DNA of 64,000 nt, taken from Parcubacteria group bacterium (GTDB lineage Bacteria; Patescibacteriota; Minisyncoccia; Moranbacterales; UBA11712). A model generated the notes under the pieces. The model searched no databases. It was given only the letters and a program-made list of their open reading frames with translations, and was not told where the DNA came from. The DNA lies in the NCBI GenBank assembly GCA_041659685.1, contig JBAZXV010000002.1, positions 120,195 to 184,194 on the forward strand. Reading direction: 5' to 3'. Shown piece after piece: positions 18,060 through 27,936 of this stretch (the first letter of the stretch is position 1; each line of letters starts with the position of its first letter). The position numbers and the translations under genes were made by a program.

Positions 18060-19406
18060 ATGTTTGAATTCCTTATCTGGGTGAAACGGGTGAGTCATAT
18101 TAATAAGGTGAGCTCGAAATCCGTACCGGAAAAATTTCTGGCATTATTTTGTGTTGCCGCTCTTTCCTCTTTTTTCGCTCTTGCCTTTTTTACGCCTCCT
18201 GCCAGCGCTTCCGGTATTACCGTTCAAAAGGTCGTCGAGTTGTGCAATGCCGAAAGGACAAAAGAGGGGATGGGAAACCTTTCTGAAAATAAAAAATTGG
18301 ATAAATCGGCGGAGAAAAAGGCGGAGGATATGGCAGAGAAGGATTATTTCGCCCACACTTCTCCCGGAGGAGTGACGCCCTGGCATTGGATAGAGAGTGA
18401 AAATTATGATTATGCGTATGCCGGAGAGAATTTGGCAATGGACTTTACTTCGGCGGAAAAAATGAATCAGGCTTGGCTTGACAGCCCGACTCACCGGGCC
18501 AATATTTTGAATGAGAAATATAAGGACATTGGAGTTTCGGTGAAGGAAGCGGTGATTAGCGGTCATTCAACTGTCATTGTTGTGCAGCAATTCGGTTCAG
18601 GCGATAAAAGTGAAAAAGAAAAGATCAGCGCCGAAAAACCGTCAGGCGAAGCATCGGTCCGGACGGAGAAATCTTACCCGAGTCTCCCCCCGGGAACGAA
18701 GAATGACAAAAAAATCGGCCAGTCAATATCGAACCCGGTAATAACCAGTCCGGCCCAGAATGAAATCGTCTCTAATGATGATGCGGAAGTGATCGGGCGT
18801 TCGGCGCCGAATTCTGTTGTCAGTCTGTGGGAAGGCGAAAACAGAATCGGCCAGACAATTTCGGACGAAAAGGGATGGTTTCGGGAAAATATTTCCGCGC
18901 TCCCCGAGGGATCTCATGAGTTAAGGGCCGAAAGCGGAGAATATGCAGGGAAGTCAAAAGGAACAAAGAGCCCATTAAATGTCGTCGGTTTTTCCATCGA
19001 CAGATCCAGGCCAAAGGTGGATTACCGGCTTTATGCCAAAGAAGGAGAGTCCGGCAGCGGGGAATATTTTTTGCAGGTTACTTCTGACAAGCCGAATTGT
19101 TATTTCAGGATCGGCGGCCAATCAGGAATTGCTGAGAATTCCGGTGCAGCGTTTTTCTCAATTTCCGGGAGAAATCTTTCCTCGGTAGTCGAAGTCGAGG
19201 ATCAGGCAGGAAACAAAACCGCCAAACAAATTGTCCTGGCAAATTATTACCAGGGAGACGGGGGAAACAATATTATTAATGAGATAACCCAGATGTTTTC
19301 CCGAGGCAAGACTCTTGCGGACAAATCAGGAGGGGAGGCCGTGAAAGAAAATTCAGGATTTTTTTCGCAGCAGTTATTATCAATGCAAATGACAGAAAAG
19401 CGATAA
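18060..19406 (+). CDS. CAP (SCP) domain surface protein with Ig-like domains
   Basis: NAER, KAEDM..DYFAHTSP, AGENLA, WLDSPTHRANIL; later PVITSP..VIG..LPEGSH Big-like domain; start uncertain. Confidence 0.85.
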   Translation: MFEFLIWVKRVSHINKVSSKSVPEKFLALFCVAALSSFFALAFFTPPASASGITVQKVVELCNAERTKEGMGNLSENKKLDKSAEKKAEDMAEKDYFAHTSPGGVTPWHWIESENYDYAYAGENLAMDFTSAEKMNQAWLDSPTHRANILNEKYKDIGVSVKEAVISGHSTVIVVQQFGSGDKSEKEKISAEKPSGEASVRTEKSYPSLPPGTKNDKKIGQSISNPVITSPAQNEIVSNDDAEVIGRSAPNSVVSLWEGENRIGQTISDEKGWFRENISALPEGSHELRAESGEYAGKSKGTKSPLNVVGFSIDRSRPKVDYRLYAKEGESGSGEYFLQVTSDKPNCYFRIGGQSGIAENSGAAFFSISGRNLSSVVEVEDQAGNKTAKQIVLANYYQGDGGNNIINEITQMFSRGKTLADKSGGEAVKENSGFFSQQLLSMQMTEKR

Positions 19407-19641
19407 TAAATATTAAATATTAAACAAAAAAATGTGACGTAAAAACAAAAAGAATGCTCCTTAACAAAATTCACTCCGTTAACGAACTGCGAAATGAACA
19501 GGGATTCGCAAAAATTAACAGGGTAAAATAAAAATAAAAATCGTTTCGTTTAAAAGCGAAACATGGGTGAACGACACAAAAGTGTCATATAAAAAAAAGT
19601 AAGTGTCCTTACTTTTAGCTATTGAAGCTTATTGGGCTAAC

Positions 19642-19675
19642 ATCCCGTCCATGCAGGTCTTGCAGGGCGGGATTT
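19642..19675. terminator. Terminator-like hairpin
   Basis: ATCCCGTCC..TGCA..TGCA..GGGCGGGAT-TTT. Confidence 0.6.
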
Positions 19676-19704
19676 TGTTATTCTTAGGAACCGCTTGATT
19701 GGAA

Positions 19705-19763
19705 TGCTTCCCCTCTCTGCTTCGGGGCGGCCTGCTCCCGCCGGAGAAACGGACGGATACCCC
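19705..19763. ncRNA. Candidate non-coding element or small ORF, copy B
   Basis: 46/59 ungapped identity to 6841-6899. Confidence 0.4.
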
Positions 19764-19810
19764 GCCCGAGAGCCTCATTGCAAAATCATAATCCGGGAAG
19801 GATGCTGCAT

Positions 19811-19839
19811 TTGATTATATCAAGGTTTTCGTTTATAAT
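19811..19839 (+). promoter_or_regulatory. Sigma70 promoter for murA
   Basis: TTGATT-N17-TATAAT. Confidence 0.65.
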
Positions 19840-19857
19840 GACAACGCTGTAAAATCG

Positions 19858-21120
19858 ATGTTTATGTCATATTTTGAGATAATTGGCGGAAAAAAATTGA
19901 ACGGAGAAATCGATGTTAAGGGAGCGAAAAATGCGGCGCTTAAGGTTGCGGCGGCGGCGCTTTTATCGCGCAAAAAGTGGACTATCACCAATTTTCCCTT
20001 TATAGAAGACACAAATCGGATCTTGGAAATGATCGAGGACTTGGGGGCAAGAGTAAAGAAAGCTGAAGGAAAAGTCGAGATCGAGTCCGGAACGATCATG
20101 AAGAGCAATTTAAACAAGGGGTTGACCAAAAAGCTTCGCGCTTCCATAATATTGGCCGGACCTATTCTGGCGAGAATGGGTAAGATCAAGATGTATCATC
20201 CGGGGGGCTGCATAATCGGAAAACGTCCCATCGATATGTTTTTGGACGGATTTCGCGCGTTTGGAGCGAAGCTTGAACAAAGGGGCGACGAATTCACCCT
20301 AAGAGCCGGCAAGTTAAGGGGAGCAAGGATATTTTTTTCCAAGGTAACGGTTACCGGAACGGAAACGATGATGATGACGGCGGTGCTGGCAGAAGGAGAG
20401 ACCGTTCTTGAGAACGCTGCCATGGAACCGGAAATTCCGATGCTGGCTGAATTTTTAAATCGCTGCGGAGCAAAAATAGAGGGGGCCGGCACGCCAACTA
20501 TCAAAATCAAGGGTGTCAGAAAAATCGGCGGCGGGAAAATTGATTTGATACCGGACAGAATCGAAGCCGGAACCTTTGCCATTCTCGGAGCCGTTTCGGG
20601 AGGCAGGATAAAAATAAAGAAATGCAATCCGGACCATATCCGCGCTCTTCTCATAAGCCTTGAAAAAGCGGGGGTGAAAATTAAAGAGGGAAAAAACGAA
20701 ATTACGGTTGAGGGAGCAAAAGAAATAAAAGCGGTGAATATTTCAACTCATGAATATCCCGGGTTTGCCACTGATCTTCAGCCTCCCTTCACGCTTCTTA
20801 TGACCCAGGCTCGGGGGACAAGCCTTATACATGATTCAATCTTTGACGGGCGTTTTATGTTTACTGATGCTTTGAATTTGATGGGAGCGGACATTGCGAT
20901 GAACGATCCGCATCGTGTGACTGTGAACGGGCCAAGAAAATTATGCGGCAGGAGAATCGCGAGTCCCGATCTCAGGGCGGGGATTGCTTTGGTGCTGGCA
21001 GGGATTATTGCCGAAGGGAAAACGAAAATTGAAAACATCTACCAGATAGACCGCGGATACGAAAAAATAGAAGAGCGGCTCAGAAAATTGGGGGCGGATA
21101 TCAGGAGAGTGCAAAACTGA
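19858..21120 (+). CDS. murA: UDP-N-acetylglucosamine 1-carboxyvinyltransferase
   Basis: GAKNAAL, RASI, PGGCIIGKRP, PGFATDLQ, DLRAG, IDRGYE. Confidence 0.97.
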   Translation: MFMSYFEIIGGKKLNGEIDVKGAKNAALKVAAAALLSRKKWTITNFPFIEDTNRILEMIEDLGARVKKAEGKVEIESGTIMKSNLNKGLTKKLRASIILAGPILARMGKIKMYHPGGCIIGKRPIDMFLDGFRAFGAKLEQRGDEFTLRAGKLRGARIFFSKVTVTGTETMMMTAVLAEGETVLENAAMEPEIPMLAEFLNRCGAKIEGAGTPTIKIKGVRKIGGGKIDLIPDRIEAGTFAILGAVSGGRIKIKKCNPDHIRALLISLEKAGVKIKEGKNEITVEGAKEIKAVNISTHEYPGFATDLQPPFTLLMTQARGTSLIHDSIFDGRFMFTDALNLMGADIAMNDPHRVTVNGPRKLCGRRIASPDLRAGIALVLAGIIAEGKTKIENIYQIDRGYEKIEERLRKLGADIRRVQN

Positions 21121-21281
21121 AAAATAAAAATGCCATGCCAGAGGCAGATCAGCCTTTGGCTGAAAAAATGACAATGCAAAATGTTAAAATTAATTTCGTG
21201 AAAAATATTTTAACATTCGAAACATTTTTCCTTTTTAATTGTCATTTTTATTTTTAACTTTTACATTTAAAATTTTTTAAC

Positions 21282-22289
21282 GTGTTTATAAAAAAAATAG
21301 GAATTGATTTAGGTACTGCAAACACCCTCGTTTTTCTTCCAGGGAAAGGGATTGTTGTTAATGAACCCTCAGTGGTGGCTATTTCGATGATCGACAACAA
21401 AGTGCTGGCGGTGGGCAACGAGGCCAAGGAAATGATAGGAAGAACGCCGGAGTCAATTACGGCTTCGAGGCCTCTAAAAGACGGTGTAATTGCGGATTAT
21501 CGGATTACGGAAGCCATGCTTCGCTACTTTATCAACAAAGTGAGCGGCGGATTCAGGCTGGTGAGGCCGGAGGTCATGGTTTCCATTCCGGCGGGTGTAA
21601 CTTCTACGGAAAGAAGAGCGGTAATAGATGCAACCGTAAAAGCCGGAGCGAGGACTGCCTATGTGGTCAAGGAGCCCGTTCTTGCCGCTATCGGAGCCGG
21701 AATTCCAATCAATAATGCGGCAGGAAATATGATAGTCGATATCGGAGGCGGGACGAGCGAAGTGGCGATAATATCTTTGGGCGGAGTGGTTGCGGCCACC
21801 AGCGCCAGAGTAGGGGGGGACAAAATAGACCAGGCGATCGCTGATTTCGTAAAAAAGAAACACGGCCTTGCAATCGGGGAAAGAACCGCCGAGGAAATAA
21901 AGATCGCCATCGGGAGTGCCATTCCTCAGATGAAAGATGAATATGTCGAAGTGCGCGGACGCGATCTTATTGCCGGACTTCCGAAGACTATCCGCGTTTC
22001 TTCGAATGAAATTACGGAAGCCATTCAGGATGAATTGCGCGAGATAATTAACGCGATTAAAAAAGTTCTTCAGGAAACTCCTCCGGAATTGGCGGCTGAC
22101 GTGATTGACAAAGGAATGATTCTTTCGGGCGGGGGAGCGCTTCTTAAGCATCTTGACCAGCTCATCACTAAAACGACGGGTGTCCCGTGCTATGTTGCGG
22201 ATGATCCCTTGTTCTGCGTGGTGAAGGGAACGGGAATCGCCCTGGAACAGCTGGATATGTATAAGCGGACTATAATGATGAGCAAGTAA
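21282..22289 (+). CDS. mreB: Rod shape-determining actin homologue (MreB/Mbl paralogue)
   Basis: IGIDLGTANT, NEPSVVA, DIGGGTSE, GGGALL. Confidence 0.93.
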   Translation: MFIKKIGIDLGTANTLVFLPGKGIVVNEPSVVAISMIDNKVLAVGNEAKEMIGRTPESITASRPLKDGVIADYRITEAMLRYFINKVSGGFRLVRPEVMVSIPAGVTSTERRAVIDATVKAGARTAYVVKEPVLAAIGAGIPINNAAGNMIVDIGGGTSEVAIISLGGVVAATSARVGGDKIDQAIADFVKKKHGLAIGERTAEEIKIAIGSAIPQMKDEYVEVRGRDLIAGLPKTIRVSSNEITEAIQDELREIINAIKKVLQETPPELAADVIDKGMILSGGGALLKHLDQLITKTTGVPCYVADDPLFCVVKGTGIALEQLDMYKRTIMMSK

Positions 22290-22410
22290 GCGAGAGATTT
22301 TGAACAAATCGCGAAAGGCCGGGTCTTCTTGAGCGGCCTGGTCTCCGCCAGAGGACTGGCGGACTAACGCGATGCCTTCAAAAATCTAATCCTTCTCTTT
22401 ATTATATATT

Positions 22411-23520
22411 ATGACCATTGGAATCGACGCTTCGCGTGCGTTTCAAAAAAACAAAACCGGAATTGAAGAATATTCTTATCAGGTTATCAAGCACCTGCGG
22501 GATCATCTTGGAAATGACCAGGTGATTTTATATTGCAATCCGGCAATAAACAAAAAAGAATTTATTGATTTTGATCTGCCGGAAAAATGGAAGATTAAAT
22601 ATTTGCGCGCTCCGTTTTTTTGGACACAAATCAGGCTGTCTCTCGAAATGCTTTTTCATCCGGTTGATGCGCTTTTTGTTCCGGCTCACACTGTCCCGTC
22701 CGCTCACCCTGAAAACACCGCGGTAACCATTCACGGGCTCGAATATGAGTTTTGCCCCAAGTCGTATTCTTTTTTGGAAAAAGCTTATATGCGATTCGTA
22801 ATCAAAAATTCTTGCAAGTGGGCGAAAAAAATAATTACAGTCAGTGAAAACACAAAGAGGGATCTGGGGCGATTATATGAGGTGCCCGAGAAGAAGATGA
22901 CGGTTATTTATGAAGGAATCAATTCGGAAGCGTCCGATAAAATATCAAATCCAAAATTCAAAAATTCAAAATATGAAATTCCGGACAGGAAATATTTTTT
23001 CTTTGTCGGCCGTTTGGAAGAAAGAAAAAATATCTGTGGCCTCATCGAAGCCTTTGACATCTTAAAGAATAAATACAAAGTGCCGCATAAGTTGGTTTTG
23101 GCGGGTAAATTCGGATACGGGGAAAAAGAAATAAGAAATAAAATAGAGAGCAGCCGGCACAAAAAAGAAATAATTTTACCCGGTTATGTGTTTAATAAGG
23201 AAAAGTTCTGGCTGATGGGAAACGCGGACGCATTTTTGTTTCCGACTCTTTACGAGGGATTTGGTTTGCCGATTCTCGAAGCGCAAAGCGCGGGAACGCC
23301 GGTGGTGACATCAAATATTTCATCCATGCCGGAAGTCGCCGGAGACAGCGCAGTTTTGGTTGATCCGAAAAATCCGAATGAAATCGCGGAAGCGGCTTAT
23401 AGGCTAATCTCAAACGAAAGTTATAAAAATGATATAATAAAAAAGGGATATGATAATATTAAGAGATTCAGCTGGGAGAAATGTGCGGAAAACATAGCGG
23501 ATACGATAAATAATACTTGA
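22411..23520 (+). CDS. Glycosyltransferase family 4
   Basis: IGIDAS, TIHGL, VGRLEERKN, YEGFGLPILEA. Confidence 0.92.
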   Translation: MTIGIDASRAFQKNKTGIEEYSYQVIKHLRDHLGNDQVILYCNPAINKKEFIDFDLPEKWKIKYLRAPFFWTQIRLSLEMLFHPVDALFVPAHTVPSAHPENTAVTIHGLEYEFCPKSYSFLEKAYMRFVIKNSCKWAKKIITVSENTKRDLGRLYEVPEKKMTVIYEGINSEASDKISNPKFKNSKYEIPDRKYFFFVGRLEERKNICGLIEAFDILKNKYKVPHKLVLAGKFGYGEKEIRNKIESSRHKKEIILPGYVFNKEKFWLMGNADAFLFPTLYEGFGLPILEAQSAGTPVVTSNISSMPEVAGDSAVLVDPKNPNEIAEAAYRLISNESYKNDIIKKGYDNIKRFSWEKCAENIADTINNT

Positions 23521-23536
23521 TTTGGATTTAAGAACT

Positions 23537-24682
23537 ATGAATAATAAATTTCCAAACTTAAGAATTGCCCTTGTTCACGATTTCTTGAACCAATACGGCG
23601 GGGCGGAGAGGGTGCTTCTTGCGCTTCACGAGATGTTCCCCGAGGCGCCGATTTACACCCTGCTTTACGACAAGGAAAAACTCAGGGGAAAGTTCGAGGG
23701 AGCTGACGTCAGAACTTCCTTTCTCAGAAGGTTCCCGAAATTTCTGCAAAAAAGACACAAATGGCTTTTGCCTTTCATGCCGACGGCGCCGGAGACGTTT
23801 AATCTTCGCGATTTCGATCTGGTCATTTCATCTTCCAGCGCTTTCGCGAAGGGGATTGTAATAAAACCGAAAACACTCCATGTTTGCTATTGCCACAGTC
23901 CCATGCGATACGTTTGGGACTGGAATGAAAAATATCTCCGCGATCAAAAGATGGGAAAGTCCAAAAAACTTTTCAGCCGGATGATTCTGAATTATATCCG
24001 GATGTGGGATCGGGTGGCGTCGGACAGGGTGGATTATTTCATTGCCAATTCCAAAACAACGCAAGAACGGATAAAAAAATATTACCGTAGCGAGAGCGAG
24101 GTTGTCTATCCGCCGGTGGATACGGATGCGGTTGGCGGTGATATTGCGAAAGAAGATTTCTTTCTAATCGTATCGAGGCTTGTTCCGTACAAGAAAATAG
24201 AAACTGCAATTGAAGCGATGAACAAGCTGGATATGCCCCTTGTAATCATCGGAGAAGGTTCAAAAAAATATACGGCTTATCTCAAAAAGATCGCCGGGCC
24301 GAAAATAAAATTTACCGGATGGAAGAGCGATGAGGAAATAAAAAATTATTATAAAAGATCAAGGGCATTTCTTTTTCCGAGTGAAGATGATTTCGGGATT
24401 ACTCCGGTTGAGGCAATGGCCCAAGGGACTCCCGTGCTCGCTCTTCGGAGGGGCGGGGCAAGGGAAACGGTTATCGAAGGAGTGACAGGAGAATTTTTTG
24501 GGGATCCGACGGTAGAATCTCTCGCTGACGGGGTGAGAAGATTGATTTCCCGGGAAGGAGAATATGACCAGGAAAGGATAAGGAGCGAGGCGCTCAAGTT
24601 TTCAAAAGATAAATTCGAGGAAAATATCTTGAGAGCGATAGGCGATGCAATTGAAAAATCAGGGGGCAATAAAATTAAATAA
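23537..24682 (+). CDS. Glycosyltransferase family 4
   Basis: ALVHDFL..GGAE, YCHSPMRY, EDDFGITPVEAM. Confidence 0.92.
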   Translation: MNNKFPNLRIALVHDFLNQYGGAERVLLALHEMFPEAPIYTLLYDKEKLRGKFEGADVRTSFLRRFPKFLQKRHKWLLPFMPTAPETFNLRDFDLVISSSSAFAKGIVIKPKTLHVCYCHSPMRYVWDWNEKYLRDQKMGKSKKLFSRMILNYIRMWDRVASDRVDYFIANSKTTQERIKKYYRSESEVVYPPVDTDAVGGDIAKEDFFLIVSRLVPYKKIETAIEAMNKLDMPLVIIGEGSKKYTAYLKKIAGPKIKFTGWKSDEEIKNYYKRSRAFLFPSEDDFGITPVEAMAQGTPVLALRRGGARETVIEGVTGEFFGDPTVESLADGVRRLISREGEYDQERIRSEALKFSKDKFEENILRAIGDAIEKSGGNKIK

Positions 24683-24686
24683 TGAA

Positions 24687-25167
24687 ATGGGAGAACGAGA
24701 TTTCAAAAGCGCCGTAAAAAAAGAAAGGTTTAAGATTGTCCCGGCATCTTATCTGGTTTTGATTGAGGACGGGAAAATCTTGATGCTGAGGCGGTTTAAC
24801 ACTGGATTCGAGGACGGAAAATACGGTCTGGTGTCCGGGCATCTTGACGGGGGCGAAACATTCCGGGAAACCATGGTAAGGGAAGCCAGAGAAGAAGCGA
24901 ACATAACTCTTTGCGCAGAGGATCTTGAAGTTGTTCATGTTCTTAACCGGCATGTTATATTTAATGATGTCGGCCACAGGGAAAGGGTGGATTTATTCAT
25001 CCGGCCTGGAAAATGGGAAGGAAAAATAAAAAATATGGAGCCTGATAAATGCGATGATTTAAGCTGGTTTCCGATTGATAGCCTCCCTGGAAACACGATT
25101 CCCGTATGTACGATCGGTGATAGAAAATATCCGCAACGGAATTTTTTACAGCGAATTCGGCTGGTAA
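24687..25167 (+). pseudogene. NUDIX hydrolase with an apparent +1 frameshift near the 3' end
   Basis: GHLDGGE..REAREE Nudix box; a plausible family C-terminus YVRSVIENIRNGIFYSEFGW* lies in the +1 frame after ATT CCC G (25098-25104). Confidence 0.7.
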
Positions 25168-25213
25168 ATCTTCGGCCTAGGGATAATCCCTGGGCTGAGA
25201 AATAAGAAAAAAT

Positions 25214-26035
25214 ATGGATGAAATTATATCTTCTAAAATAAAAAATTATCTTGATCGGCTGGCGCAATCCAAAAGGCGTCCAAGCTCATTTATTTTTTTT
25301 GGAACGGATGAAGAGGGAAAAATCGGAGCGGCTTTTTATTTTATCCGAAAAATTTCCGGAAAAACAGGCGACGATGAATTCTTGGGGCGCATGAGAGCCG
25401 GCATTCATCCGGACATTGTCATTATCGAGCCGGAAACGGTTGAGGATAAAAAAGGAAGGATGCGGGAAAAAGAAATTGTTATCGAGCAGATCAGAAAGGC
25501 GCAGGGGCGGATGAAGTTTTTTCCATACGAGCTCAATTATAAGTTCTGTATTATTAAAAAAGCCCAGAAGCTCAATGCGGAAGCTTCGAATGCCCTTCTT
25601 AAAATTCTCGAGGAACCGACGGCAAGCACGATTTTGATTCTTCTTGCCGGCGATGTCGATTCCGTTCTCCCAACCATATCTTCGCGCTGCGCGGCCCTTC
25701 GTTTTTCAAGGAAGGATCTTCCGGCCTGGAGCGAGGAAAATCGGAAACGCCTGCGAGAAATATTTATTGAGGATATTTTCGATAAGTTTAATTATGCGGA
25801 GAAAGTTTCGAAAGACAAAAACGGCGCGATTGAGGTGCTTAAGGATTGGGAAGCGGTGATGGCGGACAGCATGAGGAATTTAGCGGACAAAAATAATTCG
25901 ACTGACCGGGAGAAAATTAGAAAAATTGCATCAATGATTCGGGAAAACAGGGGAGCGATAGACAAAATGGACTACTCGAGCGCCAATCCCCGATCTATTT
26001 TGGAAAATTTGTTTCTTGGGTTACAATGGAAATAG
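25214..26035 (+). CDS. holB: DNA polymerase III delta' subunit-like
   Basis: HPDI, ASNALLKILEEP, LPTISSRC. Confidence 0.85.
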   Translation: MDEIISSKIKNYLDRLAQSKRRPSSFIFFGTDEEGKIGAAFYFIRKISGKTGDDEFLGRMRAGIHPDIVIIEPETVEDKKGRMREKEIVIEQIRKAQGRMKFFPYELNYKFCIIKKAQKLNAEASNALLKILEEPTASTILILLAGDVDSVLPTISSRCAALRFSRKDLPAWSEENRKRLREIFIEDIFDKFNYAEKVSKDKNGAIEVLKDWEAVMADSMRNLADKNNSTDREKIRKIASMIRENRGAIDKMDYSSANPRSILENLFLGLQWK

Positions 26036-26076
26036 CCCGAAGATGAGTCTGTCTGATAATTAAGGGGTCAAAAAAC

Positions 26077-27141
26077 ATGAAAACAAAAAGAATAATTATT
26101 TTTTTGGCCGGCGTACTATTTTTGGCCGGATGCACTTTGACCGGCGGGGGGAGTGACGGAGGATTCTACCGTTCAGACGACGGCGGAAAAACTTTTTTGC
26201 CTAAAAATAACATCAGTCAGAACGGAAAGGCGGGAACGATTGGCGGTGTGGACGTATTAAGTTTGGCTCCCAATCCGCAGAGCGGAGGGGAAATATACAT
26301 CGGAACAAAAACCAGCGGTATCTTCAAGACAACCGATGCCGGTGACAATTGGCGGCTTCTTAGTGTTGCCACCCTCACGCCGAATAAGGTATACGCCATG
26401 GCGATTGATCCCGTAAACCCCAATAATGTCTATGCCGCAACGCTCGTTGGAAAAAGAGGAAAAATAATAAAGTCGGAAAACGCCGGAGAAAACTGGAAAG
26501 AAGTATATACCGAACCTTCTGACGGATCGATCGTGCTCTCGATCGCCCTTGATCCGGCGAATTCTCAAAACATTTATGCCGGAACAGATCAGGGACAGAT
26601 AATATTTTCGGAGTCAGGCGGAGAATCATGGAGATCGCTTTATTGGACAAGCGAAAAGGACGCGGTTTATAAAATTGCCATAGATAAATCCAATTCCCAG
26701 CTTCTCTATTTCGCGATTTTTAAAAAAGGCATTATCCGGAGCAAGGACGGAGGGAAAAACTTCGAAGAATTGGGCCAGAATAATTCTTTTGAAAAGGATT
26801 CCGATCTTCAAAATCCGACGGCGATAATCGCCGATCCGAACAGGCCGGGCTGGGTGTATGCGGGAACAGGGAAAGGGCTTATCCGGAGCAAAGACGGCGG
26901 AGACAGCTGGGAAGCGGTCAGCATATTAAACAAAGCCGAGGAGCAATCAATCTGGTCAATCGACATCAATACCCAGAATTCGGACGAGATAATATATTCC
27001 GTTTCCAAGGCCTTTTATAAATCAAACGACGGAGGAGTGAACTGGATGACTGTTCAGTTCGATTCCAGCCGGTCTCCCAACATGGTTTCATATAATCCTC
27101 AAAAACCGGAAATGATATATATCGGAATGAGCAAAAAATAA
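26077..27141 (+). CDS. Lipoprotein with BNR/Asp-box repeats (YCF48/VPS10-like beta-propeller)
   Basis: LAGC lipobox; repeated S.DGG.(S/N)W Asp-boxes. Confidence 0.85.
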   Translation: MKTKRIIIFLAGVLFLAGCTLTGGGSDGGFYRSDDGGKTFLPKNNISQNGKAGTIGGVDVLSLAPNPQSGGEIYIGTKTSGIFKTTDAGDNWRLLSVATLTPNKVYAMAIDPVNPNNVYAATLVGKRGKIIKSENAGENWKEVYTEPSDGSIVLSIALDPANSQNIYAGTDQGQIIFSESGGESWRSLYWTSEKDAVYKIAIDKSNSQLLYFAIFKKGIIRSKDGGKNFEELGQNNSFEKDSDLQNPTAIIADPNRPGWVYAGTGKGLIRSKDGGDSWEAVSILNKAEEQSIWSIDINTQNSDEIIYSVSKAFYKSNDGGVNWMTVQFDSSRSPNMVSYNPQKPEMIYIGMSKK

Positions 27142-27188
27142 CTGCGTGCAGCATAGTTTTGCCATTAATAATAAATCAATAACGAAAT

Positions 27189-27746
27189 ATGCTAGAACAA
27201 ACTATCCAAAATGCAAGACCGAAAATGGAAAAATCCATAGAGCGTTTCAGAGAGGAAATCGGGAAACTGCGGACCGGAAGAGCAAATCCGGCAATCGTGG
27301 AGAACCTGATAGTCGACTATTACGGATCAAAGAGCCCGCTCAAACAAATCGCCAGCATAAATGTTCCGGAACCGCGTTTGATTGTGATTCAGCCCTGGAG
27401 CAAAGATAATCTTGTTGATATAGAAAAATCCATTAATGAGGCTCAACTCGGGCTTAATCCGACTAATGACGGGCAGGTGGTGAGAATTGCGATTCCTGCT
27501 CTCAATGAGGAAAGGCGCGGCGAGCTTGTGAAGGTGCTTGGAAAATACGCGGAAGAAGCCCGGGTGCAAATAAGGCAAGCCCGCGAAGAAGCCTGGAGCG
27601 AGGTCCAGGATCTGGTAAAAGAAGGGAAATTGGCCGAGGATGACAAATTTAAGGGAAAAGAAAAACTCCAGAAAATCGTAGATGAATATAACAGCCGAAT
27701 CGAGGAAATCAAAGAAAAGAAAGAAAAGGAAATCATGGAAATATAG
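27189..27746 (+). CDS. frr: Ribosome recycling factor
   Basis: LRTGRANP, VDYYG, NPTNDG, LNEERR. Confidence 0.97.
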   Translation: MLEQTIQNARPKMEKSIERFREEIGKLRTGRANPAIVENLIVDYYGSKSPLKQIASINVPEPRLIVIQPWSKDNLVDIEKSINEAQLGLNPTNDGQVVRIAIPALNEERRGELVKVLGKYAEEARVQIRQAREEAWSEVQDLVKEGKLAEDDKFKGKEKLQKIVDEYNSRIEEIKEKKEKEIMEI

Positions 27747-27936
27747 CGAAGTCTCGGAGCGAAAGAACAAAATGTAAAAACTGAAGACGGGAACGGATAG
27801 TTTTTATGCTTTAAATGTTGCTTTCGAGATTTGCAATTTATTGTCGAACGAGTGACGACATCAAAATGGTTTTACCTCGTTCCGCTTTGGCGGGCTTTGG
27901 GGCAAATGCCAATTTATTTTTAGCTTATACTTGCGA

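Noticed and set aside
21474-22307. Long antisense ORFs (here, and e.g. 56795-57529, 48532-49197, 63147-63836)
   Set aside because: They are shadows of well-supported genes on the opposite strand and have no recognisable motifs
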